A DNA stretch of 64,000 nt, from contig JAUWGE010000005.1 of the NCBI GenBank assembly GCA_030606565.1, forward strand, positions 7,777 to 71,776, written 5' to 3'. The notes below the pieces were generated by a model. The model was not told where the DNA came from and did no database searches. It saw nothing but the letters and a program-made list of their open reading frames with translations. Of the stretch, positions 31,645 through 40,700 are shown piece by piece (the stretch's first letter is position 1; the number at the start of each line of letters is the position of its first letter). A program made the position numbers and the translations under genes. The stretch is from Candidatus Bipolaricaulota bacterium. GTDB taxonomy: Bacteria > Bipolaricaulota > Bipolaricaulia > UBA7950 > UBA9294.

Positions 31645-31857
31645 GATATATCCTTCCTACGCTTCCGTCGCCCAATGAGCGCATCAGCCGCACCGCATGT
31701 GCGACGTAAATGCCCTCAATGCAGAGTCAATTCCAAACGTGCAATCCAATCGCCTACCAGCCGCAAAGCGATGTCGGCTGCATGCGCTTGTTCTGCAGAC
31801 CTACTAGTGGGACCGTGATAGAACGCTGTTTTCACGGGAGCAGCTCGCCTCTTGTCG

Positions 31858-32369
31858 CTACCACCGCTCGTACTTTACGATCTTTTCGAGGGGAAGACGA
31901 GATTTCTCCATCAGCGCTGGGTCCTGTGGATAGCCTACAGGCAACAGTGCCACAACACGAATCTGTGATGGAATGCCGAGGATCTCTTTGATTTGTCCCT
32001 CGTCGAACGCACCAATCCAGCACGTGCCCAACCCTTCGGCCGGTGCGCAAAGGGCGGATGATCAATAGCGATGGCGACGTCTATAGGATAGCACGGTTGC
32101 CCACAGGCCATCACATGACCGTCGGTCTCCGCGCAACAGGCGATAACTACGGGGGCCTCACCAACAAACTTCTGCCCGCTGGCAACGCGGGCCAGTCGCT
32201 TTCGCATTTCTGGATTACGCACAACAACAAACCGCCATTCCTGCCGGTTGCTGGCCGACGGCGCCAGCCGTGCCGCTTCAAGTAACCGTGAAATGACATT
32301 ATCTGGCACTTCTCTGTCCCGAAAAGCACGTACGCTTTTGCGCGTAGAGATTGATGTGTATACATCCAT
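31858..32369 (-). pseudogene. Nitroreductase family gene carrying a frameshift near 32045-32060
   Basis: The N-terminal frame (SISTRKSVRAFRDREVPDNVISRLLEAARLAPSASNRQEWRFVVVRNPEMRK...IDVAIAIDH) is a canonical nitroreductase. The conserved C-terminal half (GLGTCWIGAFDEGQIKEILGIPSQIRVVALLPVGYPQDPALMEKSRLPLEKIVKYERW*) continues in a different reading frame downstream of a GGGCGG run. The annotated ORF 31935..32369 ends in non-homologous residues. Confidence 0.6.
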
Positions 32370-32390
32370 TCAATACCTCCTTTCTGCAGA

Positions 32391-32437
32391 ACGAGCTGCG
32401 GATCAGCGGTGGATAGAGCGCGAGCTTGCTCGCAACG
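32391..32437 (-). promoter_or_regulatory. 47-nt conserved upstream element (copy 1) directly 5' of the nitroreductase gene. Contains the 14-bp palindrome GCGAGCAAGCTCGC.
   Basis: 89% identical to copy 2 at 32801-32847. Sits 22 nt upstream of the ATG, with RBS AAGGAGG between them. Confidence 0.5.
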
Positions 32438-32571
32438 ACAAAGCTCACCTGCTGCTATGGAGAGCAGCGGAATAGCGGTCAGGTGCAGCGATTTGTTAGA
32501 CCGTTCATTCCAGGATCAACAACGATGTTGGCACTGCTGCCCCATTATCCCCTATCCTCGCAGAAGAGCAC

Positions 32572-32763
32572 CTATCGCTTGCCAAGCACTCCCCACAGCA
32601 TTAGGAGACCCAATACGCCAAACCCGACGGCGCGGATAACATGCCCCGTTGAAATACCCTCTACTCGAATCATCCCCAGATAGATCCCGCAGGCTATGAA
32701 GGCCCCTGCAACCAGGATCGAGAAAAACCATCGAGGCGGAGGCTTAATTCTACGCTCGGCCAT
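32572..32763 (-). CDS. Small two-TM membrane protein (63 aa)
   Basis: GGAGG RBS. Two hydrophobic helices (WFFSILVAGAFIACGIYLGMI and AVGFGVLGLLMLWGVLG). Confidence 0.45.
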   Translation of the reverse strand: MAERRIKPPPRWFFSILVAGAFIACGIYLGMIRVEGISTGHVIRAVGFGVLGLLMLWGVLGKR

Positions 32764-32800
32764 CAGTCATCCTCCTTTCAGTATGCTTAGTGTCGGTCTA

Positions 32801-32847
32801 ACGAGCCGCGGATCAGCTGTGGATGGAATGCGAGCTTGCTCGCAACG
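32801..32847 (-). promoter_or_regulatory. 47-nt conserved upstream element (copy 2), 5' of the small membrane protein gene
   Basis: Minus-strand sequence CGTTGCGAGCAAGCTCGCATTCCATCCACAGCTGATCCGCGGCTCGT. Same orientation and similar distance to the ATG as copy 1. Confidence 0.5.
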
Positions 32848-33707
32848 GAGTCCGTCCGCTGAATCCGCTGATGGACGGCGCTTCGCGCCAGACAGCAAGC
32901 GGATTGAAACCCAGGGCTCAATGGAGCGGTCGCTTCGCGACCGCTCCATCAATGATTATTGAGCACCTCTGCTTCATAATACGAAAAGCCTTTTGTTCGG
33001 GCAAGTCCTGTGTTCTTACGATTTTCTTTCTCATTTGTTAGTGGATATTGACTGTGAGATCGTTGCATGGCTTGATCTCTCGGGGTCAGCGGGGTCAGGC
33101 TTGCGGAGCAACACAAGAACGATGATCATGGAAGTTAGCTGAGGTGGATGTGTAGGGGGTACGAACGGCCAACGTACCTAGAATCACACTTCGAGTTCAA
33201 AACTCGTCCCGTAAGGTGTTCCTCAAGGTTCACCGAACACCCACACCCTGCTCACATCCGCTTCATAGACATAGTGTAAATTCTAAGCGGAAGGATACAA
33301 ATACGAGAGCTTTTGTAGCCTGCCTTACGAAGAAGTAGCTGCCGGCCAGTATGTCCAGTAGCCTACATCACCTCCTTGTATACGGCCCTCTTACCTCCAG
33401 GTGAGAGGGCCGGTGCTTTGGATGCAAGTACGCGCTTGACCGCTGTCCGTGTTTCTCGGTAAGCTGGGCACGTATTGACTCTTATTGAAGTACTCAGCGC
33501 AGCCGTACAAATAACCGTCTCTTGAAAATTCTAGGTATAGTGGGGAGAGACCTCAGGTGTACCAGATCCCACGCCCTATCTGAAAGTTCAAAACTCGTTC
33601 AATAAGGGGTAAGACAAAGATAAGCTTTCGAAGCACGGCTCTTGAGTGCCTCTTAACAGCTTCTCGTTTTCGTACAACGTGCAACGGAGATTGCGGGCTG
33701 ACTTAAC

Positions 33708-35027
33708 CTAGAGCACAGCAAGGTAGCGCTCGAGTTCATAGCGGTGGACCTGAGAGCGATAGGCGTCCCATTCGATTCTCTTGTTCTGGATAAATTTCTC
33801 GAAGATGTGATCGCCCAACGCTCGGCGAACAAGCGCACTTTTCTCCATGTACGCGATCGCCTCGTTGAGGCTCCCCGGAAGCGCTTGGATGCCCAGCTCA
33901 TCCCGCTCCTTCGGACTCATGGCGTAAACATCCCGCTCCATGGGATCCGCAAGCGAGTAACCGTGTTCAATCCCCTCAAGGCCCGCGTGAAGCATTACTG
34001 CAAAAGCAAGGTAGGGATTACACGCCGGATCCGGCGCCCGGAACTCTATCCGGGTGGCCACCTCCTTGCCGGGCTTGTACATCGGGATGCGAACCATGTT
34101 ACTGCGGTTCCGATACGCCCAGGTAATGTAGACAGGAGCCTCGTAACCGGGGACGAGACGTTTATAAGAGTTGACCCATTGAGCGCAGACTCCGATGATC
34201 TCTTTGGCATGTTTCATGATTCCAGCGATGTATCCCCTAGCAATTGAAGAAAGATATAAAGGGTCTTCACGATCGAAGAAGGCGTTGTGGCCATCTTGGC
34301 GAGCGAGGGACTGGTGGGTGTGCATTCCTGAGCCGTTTTGGCCGAAGAGAGGCTTGGGCATAAACGTGGCATGGATCCCATGGCGCCGTGCGACCTCCTT
34401 GACTACGTAGCGGCAGGTCATGAGGTTGTCGGCCATCTTAAGAGCCCCACAGAAGCGAAGATCAATCTCCTCTTGGCTTGGCGCCACCTCGTGATGGGTG
34501 GCCTCCACACCGATTCCCATCCCTTCGAGGGCAAGTACGGTCTCTCTCCGGATCTCTGAACCAAGGTCTGGTGGCACTAAGTCGAAATACCCAGCTGAAT
34601 CCAAGGGATCAGGAGAAGAATCGGAGCGAAGGTAGAAGTACTCCACTTCCGGTCCCACATCCATTGTAAAACCCTCTTTGTCCGCTCGGGCCAAGGCTCG
34701 CTTGAGAGCCCAGCGTGGATCACCGTCGTACGGGCTTCCGTCTGGCTCGACCACGTCGCAGATCAAACGAGCAACGTTTCCCCAAGGGAGGATGGCAAAG
34801 GTGTCAGGATCGGGCTTGACGATCATGTCGCTTTCGTCAATACGCGCAAACCCGTGGATAGAGGAACCGTCAAAGCCGATCCCCTCGTCCAACGCTTCCC
34901 GCAGTTCTGCCGTCGGAATCTCCACGCTCTTCAGATTGCCCAGAAGATCGCTAAACCAGAGCTGGACGAAACGTATCCCCTTTTCTTGAGCCTCCCGGCA
35001 GACCTTCTCTCTTGAATCTTCCTCCAC
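33708..35027 (-). CDS. glnA: Glutamine synthetase, type I (about 440 aa)
   Basis: GS beta-grasp and catalytic-domain motifs (GIRFVQLWFSDLLGNLKSVEIP, ...NGSGMHTHQSL..., the NRSNMVRIP region). 439 aa. Confidence 0.9.
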   Translation of the reverse strand: MEEDSREKVCREAQEKGIRFVQLWFSDLLGNLKSVEIPTAELREALDEGIGFDGSSIHGFARIDESDMIVKPDPDTFAILPWGNVARLICDVVEPDGSPYDGDPRWALKRALARADKEGFTMDVGPEVEYFYLRSDSSPDPLDSAGYFDLVPPDLGSEIRRETVLALEGMGIGVEATHHEVAPSQEEIDLRFCGALKMADNLMTCRYVVKEVARRHGIHATFMPKPLFGQNGSGMHTHQSLARQDGHNAFFDREDPLYLSSIARGYIAGIMKHAKEIIGVCAQWVNSYKRLVPGYEAPVYITWAYRNRSNMVRIPMYKPGKEVATRIEFRAPDPACNPYLAFAVMLHAGLEGIEHGYSLADPMERDVYAMSPKERDELGIQALPGSLNEAIAYMEKSALVRRALGDHIFEKFIQNKRIEWDAYRSQVHRYELERYLAVL

Positions 35028-35232
35028 CGCAACCTCCTTTTACAAGCCAATAGGGGATTGTATCCACCTGCTAGGTACAATCACACCCTCGCCTGACGCA
35101 ACGTTAAGGGATGCAGAACTCTGGCTTACCAACCCCCACTTTAATTATAGAAGCAGCCGATGCAAAGAGCTTTCCAATAAAGGGTGACCCGTGAGGGCCA
35201 CCCCCATGTGTTACTTTTAACCATCGTAGTTT

Positions 35233-36567
35233 CTAGGGACAGTCTCTGACCCAAACGTGCTCCATGAGCTTCACGGTATCCCAGTCATCCCAACGCTCTC
35301 CACATCCCTTTTTTGGCGGCGAGGGATCCACTATACCAATATAGCGCTTGGTGCCGGTTGGTGTTTGACACCACCTTACTCCGGCAGCCACTCGGGAATG
35401 GCCTTTTATGCTGCTATCGAATGGCCTACCAGCACAGATCTCCGAGGAAAACTCATTCCAATCGTTGGTTGTCCTGTCGTAGTCAGAGCATGCTTTCCCC
35501 AACCCTTTCTTGCTGTCTTTGAAGTACCCCAGCTCGCCAAGCGTGAAGGTTCCGGAAGTACTTGTCCCCATAACAGATGCGATATATGCCTGTGTGTGAT
35601 GCACACCATAGAACGCAGCGATCATCTGCCCCGTAGCAACGGTGCACCAAACGCCCGTTTGCTGACAGAACTGGTTTATCCCACCCGGTGCAGGTATCCC
35701 GCCATTGACAATGCACACTTCACAGCTGGTAAGGTCACCGAACACTTCTTTGGGAATCATCCATTCGTGTACTGTGAACGGTCTCTCCATCAACATCATA
35801 GGCTCGATGCCTGCCTCGCGAAGATGCGCCACAACCATATTCACCCATTCGTTATCTGCTTCCCAGCGGCCGATTCGTTCCGCCCATTCCTCTCGAGGGA
35901 TGCTTTCGTAGAAAGACCAGCTACCGGTGCCGCGAACGTCTGCCTCTGGCTCAACATCAGGAATGATTGTACCGTCTGCTACGTCCATGATGATCCTAGC
36001 TTCTCCGCCTGTTCTGGGATCACGGATTGTCACCAAAACTCCGATTTTGGGGTAGCTGTACACTATTATTTGAAGCGATACAATCTCCCAACCAGGATAT
36101 GCTTCCATTGCGGCTTCTTCCACCCTGGCAGTTGCGTCTTCCATACTCCAAGTTCGAGGTCCCATAATGACCGAGGCAGCGGAAGGCCCCAACACCTTGC
36201 TTGCACTTACCCAGATTCTCCCGACCATAGCACCATTTTCTAGTAGAACGGGGAACGAGTAGAAAAGAGGCTCTCTCGTTATGTCGAAGAGGACGAGAGG
36301 CTCACGAATCATGCCCCCATACCACTCTTCAGTACCCTCACCCCTTATGAGTGATGACGTTTCCCACACTACGGTTTCCATGAAAGCCACTACCGCATGG
36401 GCAGAGGCCAAATCCAAGGGCACATGGTGCTCCTGAGCATTAGCCCCGCCAGAAAGTATCATCCCGAACACAACCAGCAAGAAGGTGATCAACAGGAACT
36501 GCCTAATAGCGGAGCCCTTCGGCACCAACCCTCCGAAGCGAGATCTTCCGAACACTAAGGATGTCAT
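35233..36567 (-). CDS. Membrane-anchored/secreted protein with a C-terminal papain-like (C39-like) cysteine peptidase-like domain. Putative.
   Basis: N-terminal signal anchor AIRQFLLITFLLVVFGMILSGGANA. C-terminal FCQQTGVWCTVATGQMIAAFYG (a Q...C active-site-like arrangement) with a downstream GHSRVAAGV (candidate His). Confidence 0.45.
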   Translation of the reverse strand: MTSLVFGRSRFGGLVPKGSAIRQFLLITFLLVVFGMILSGGANAQEHHVPLDLASAHAVVAFMETVVWETSSLIRGEGTEEWYGGMIREPLVLFDITREPLFYSFPVLLENGAMVGRIWVSASKVLGPSAASVIMGPRTWSMEDATARVEEAAMEAYPGWEIVSLQIIVYSYPKIGVLVTIRDPRTGGEARIIMDVADGTIIPDVEPEADVRGTGSWSFYESIPREEWAERIGRWEADNEWVNMVVAHLREAGIEPMMLMERPFTVHEWMIPKEVFGDLTSCEVCIVNGGIPAPGGINQFCQQTGVWCTVATGQMIAAFYGVHHTQAYIASVMGTSTSGTFTLGELGYFKDSKKGLGKACSDYDRTTNDWNEFSSEICAGRPFDSSIKGHSRVAAGVRWCQTPTGTKRYIGIVDPSPPKKGCGERWDDWDTVKLMEHVWVRDCP

Positions 36568-37206
36568 CCTTCTTCACCTCCTGTTTCTCTCGCGTCACAG
36601 AATGTGACTGTACCGCCTAGTTACTACGGCCAGACAGACTACTCGGCCTAGAATCACCTCCTTTAAAAGGAGCAAATCTAGCTTAAGAGGCGGGGAAAAC
36701 GACCATGGCGACGGAAACAGAAAGGAGCCTCTTCGGTGGCCGACTCCTAAACGCCTGATTCTTCTCCGTCAATCATCGTACTGCCTTTTTCTGCTAAGTC
36801 AAAAATACGACTGAATGTCCAAGAGCCTTTTTGACGGTAAGCTGGTTGCAGCGTGGTCACGCACAACCTATGTACCTCTGCGATGAAGCTCGATCATCTC
36901 CCGGGAAAGCGCAAAAGTCGTCGATGACCGAAAAAGCGCGTAACACAAGAAGTTATTGGTCACTGCTAAGGAAGGACTCACTGGACGAGGATAAGCCAGG
37001 CCAAGATGCAAAAGTTGGGTTTTCTTTTAACTGACCCACCAAAGCAAAAAGGAAGACTCTCGTCTCCCCCTTCGCCTGGAAGCACCGGGTGGTGCTGACT
37101 GTCTCCGATATATAATGGACAATTGGCATACTTGCTGCTATGACATGAGTTAAACTTTTTATGGACTTCGCGCACCTGCGTCAAGGCGTTTATGCAATTA
37201 AAGGTA

Positions 37207-37740
37207 TCATTCCTTCTTCTCTTTTAAATACCGGTCGATCGCTGCGGCGGCGCGTTTACCTGCCCCCATTGCCTCAATCACTGTGGCAGCGCCAGTGACG
37301 ATGTCTCCACTGGCGAAGATCCCTTCTTTGCTCGTCTGACCGGTTTTCGGATCGGCGACTATGTTCCCGCGCTGGCTCAATTTAAGCCCCTTCGTCGTCC
37401 TTGGGACCAATGAATGCGGTCCGTTACCGATGGCAATCACGACCGTATCGGCCTTTATGGTGAACTCGGAGCCAGAGATGGGAACCGGCCGACAGCGTCC
37501 GGACTCATCGGGCTCGCCGAGCTCCATGCGGATACACTCCGCCCCTGCTCCGTCCTTCCCGATGAACCGGATCGGGTTGGTGAGAAGTTGGAACTCGATC
37601 CCCTCCTCCTTGGCGTGCTCCACTTCCTCCTCCCGCGCTGGGAGCTCCTGCTCGCTTCTTCGGTAGACGATGATCGACTCCCTTGCCCCCAACCGGAGCG
37701 CGGTGCGGGCGGAGTCCATGGCTACGTTCCTTTGTACCAA
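37207..37740 (-). CDS. N-terminally truncated GltD-like (NADPH-dependent glutamate synthase beta / NfnB-like) fragment. Probable remnant paralog.
   Basis: Aligns at roughly 55% identity with residues about 335-520 of the adjacent 1114-aa protein (VYRRSEQELPAREEEVEHAKEEGIEFQ... vs VYRRSREQMPALPREVEEAEEEGVSFQ...). The GGG of the NAD(P) Rossmann motif is lost (MVQRNVAMDSARTA vs VIGGGNTAMDAARSA), and the FAD and 4Fe-4S N-terminal parts are absent. Begins 10 bp after the upstream stop. Confidence 0.5.
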   Translation of the reverse strand: MVQRNVAMDSARTALRLGARESIIVYRRSEQELPAREEEVEHAKEEGIEFQLLTNPIRFIGKDGAGAECIRMELGEPDESGRCRPVPISGSEFTIKADTVVIAIGNGPHSLVPRTTKGLKLSQRGNIVADPKTGQTSKEGIFASGDIVTGAATVIEAMGAGKRAAAAIDRYLKEKKE

Positions 37741-37750
37741 CTATGAAGGT

Positions 37751-40700
37751 TCATATTTTCAGACGCGATAGTTCCTCCTCAATCGCAAGGGCGAGGGAAT
37801 CCGGAGTATCACCAACCCACCAAGGGCCGCCCGTCTCCGGTGCACCTTGCATTGAAGCGGCGACCACGTCACTCACCGTGCCAAGTGTCATCTCCCCCGA
37901 ATCAGCGCCGAGCGCGTTGGCCAGTTCCACGAGGATTCTCCAGTTCTCCATGGCCACAGGACTTTCGACTGCCGCCTTGGAGTGTTTGATCCTTCCATTC
38001 GTGTCGTGCAGCTGCCCGGATGTCTCGAATGGAACCGACATTGGCAATACGACGTGAGCATAGGCAGTCGTTTTGTTCAGTGTAGGGGACATTGCCACGA
38101 CTAGGTCCAACGTGCGCATCTGCTCGGCGAGGACGGGATCGCATGCCGGATCGGCGCCAAAGGAGAAGCACGCGCCGCCTTGAACGAAGAGATCCTCTCT
38201 TTTGTTCCTCCCTTCCCTAAGGAGTGAGCCGCACGCAGGGGCCGCACGCAGGACGGCGATCCGCCAACGGGGTTCCCTCTCCACGAGGTGAGCGAGGGCA
38301 GATACCGTTTCATCAGAGGTCTCTCGTCCCTCTAGGACGAAGAGGGGTGCCGTAGCCGCCACAATCGCCGCCTGCATAGCAGCGACCCGCAGATCCCCAT
38401 TCCCTTCTCCGAGAAGCGCTGTTATCACCTGTGTTGCGGGGAGATCATCGACTACGATATCGGCATCGGGGAGGTCACCCTGCAGGCTGATTATCGTCCC
38501 CCCTGCGCGCTGGGCGACGCGTACTTTGAGATCGATCAAGAACCGTTCATAGTGGGAGCGGGGTCCGACTACCACGATCAGATCGCTCGTCTCAATCGCG
38601 CTAATCGGCGCGACGGCTCCTCGTGGCACGGTAAACGCCCTCCTCGCGAAGGTTCCCTCAACCATAATGTGGTCTGTTTGCAGGACTTCCCCTGCTAGTC
38701 GCGCGATGAGATACCCCTCTTCCTCAGTGATGCGCGGTGCAGCCATGATCCCCACCTTGTTCTTGTCTTGCGGGAGCCTCTCCGCAATAAAGGAAAAGGC
38801 CTCATCCCACGTGGTCGCAACGAGCTCTTCGCCGCGCCGGATGAGGGGGTGTCGCAGGCGGGGCTCTGAGAGGAGCGTCTGCCAACCGTAACGCCCCTTC
38901 GCGCAAAGGATTCCACCATTATCACCCGGAAGCGTTCGTAGGTAATGGCCGTTCAGACTCTGGACCACAACCTCGCAGAGAAGACCGCACAGTGTACAGA
39001 TCGTCTTTTCCTCTCTTATGTGAAGTGGAACTTGTTTCTTCAGGGCCGTGCGGTCTGTCAACGCTCCAGTTGGACAGGCATCGACGCAGGCACCGCAAGA
39101 GACACAATCCGACTCCTGCCACGCGCGGTTGAATGGGGCCTGAACCTCGACATCGATCCCTCGACCGGCAAAATCGATCGCCGAGATCCCGCAAACATCC
39201 GAACAGATGCGCAAGCACCGACCGCAGGAAATGCACTTGCCGAGATCCTGTATGATGAACGGGTGGCGTTCATCTGGGAGCCTATGCATGACCTCGCCGG
39301 CGTATCTTTCCTGCTCTGCGTGGGTCAGGGTTGCGTAGTCGCGCAGGTCGCAATGGTTGAACGCAGAACAACCGCAACCGAGACAACGATCCCCTTCTTT
39401 CATCGCCTCCTCGTCGGTGAAGTTCGTCTCATACTCCTCGAAATCACGGACTCGTTCATCAGGAGGGCGAACATATGTTGGGACGCGCGGCATCTCCTCC
39501 ACATCGCCAATATCGGCGCGGGTAACATCGATCTTCTCATGGTGATAGATGAACTGGGCAGGTCCGACATCCTCACCACGTAGGTATTGTTCGATCGCGT
39601 CCGCGGCGCGGTGACCCGCTCCGATCGCTTCGACCGCGATCGACGGCCCGGTGACAACATCGCCACCGGCGAATACCCCTGCACATTTGGTCAGCCCAGT
39701 CTGTTCGTCAGCGATAATCCTCCCGCCACGGTCAATAGCGATCTCGCTTCCGCTAAGACAGTCGGTCTCCGGCGATTGACCGACAGCAATGATCACCCCT
39801 GCAACAGGGATGACGAACTCGGAGCCCTCAATCGGGATCGGTCTTGCCCGTCCGCTTGTGTCTGGGGCACCAAGCTTCATCCTAGAGCACTTTATTCCGG
39901 TGAGGTCTCCGTTCTCGATGACGAACTCGATCGGTTGAACTAGAAACTGGAAGCTGACCCCTTCTTCCTCTGCCTCTTCGACCTCGCGTGGCAGGGCCGG
40001 CATCTGCTCGCGGCTGCGACGATATACAACCGTTACATCTGATCCAAGGCGCCGAGCGGAACGAGCGGCGTCCATCGCGGTATTTCCGCCACCGATTACC
40101 ACCATCCGTGGCGGGAGTGGCGTCCGCTCTCCCTCGTTCACCCGTCGCAGGAACTCGATCCCTTGCATAACAGAGGAGTGGTCTTCCCCAGGTATTCTGA
40201 GGCCGCGTACACGCCAGGCACCAAGGCCAAGGAAGACCGCGTCAAATTCGCTCTGTAGCTGCACAAGCGTGATCTCCTCTCCTAAGCGCACGTTGTTGCG
40301 GAACTCTATGCCCATCTTCTCCAGCACGGCGAGCTCGCGATCGAGGCCTTTCTGTGCGAGGCGGAAGTCAGGGATCCCGTAGCGCAGCATCCCTCCCATC
40401 TTCGGCATCGCGTCGAAGACCACGGTAGTATGACCGTTACGCCGGAGGAAATAGGCTGCGCTTAATCCCGCTGGTCCACCACCAACGATTGCCACCCGCT
40501 TGCCGGTATCCGTGGCAATCGACGGGATGTAATCGAACTCCTTATCGCCGAGGAAACGTTTGATGTGCCGGATCTGAACCGGCTCTTCCGCGATCTCGCG
40601 CCGACAAGCGTCCTCGCACGGGGCCGGACAGATCCGGCCGAACGCTGCCGGCAACGGTAGTTTCTCGTAGAGGAGGTGTAGTGCCTCTTCGAACAGACCG

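Noticed and set aside
32391-32847. CRISPR array
   Set aside because: Only two copies of a 47-nt repeat, about 410 bp apart, each placed upstream of a gene. No regular repeat-spacer periodicity and no cas genes.
29117-33640. Integron gene-cassette array with attC sites
   Set aside because: The interspersed repeats do not carry the GTTRRRY / RYYYAAC core pairs of attC sites. There is no intI integrase or attI. The genes are in mixed orientations with their own RBSs or promoters, so I treat the repeats as a MITE-like or regulatory repeat family instead.
35257-36243. 328-aa plus-strand ORF
   Set aside because: Antisense to the 444-aa secreted peptidase-like gene. Low-complexity Arg/Cys/His-rich translation typical of GC-rich antisense frames.
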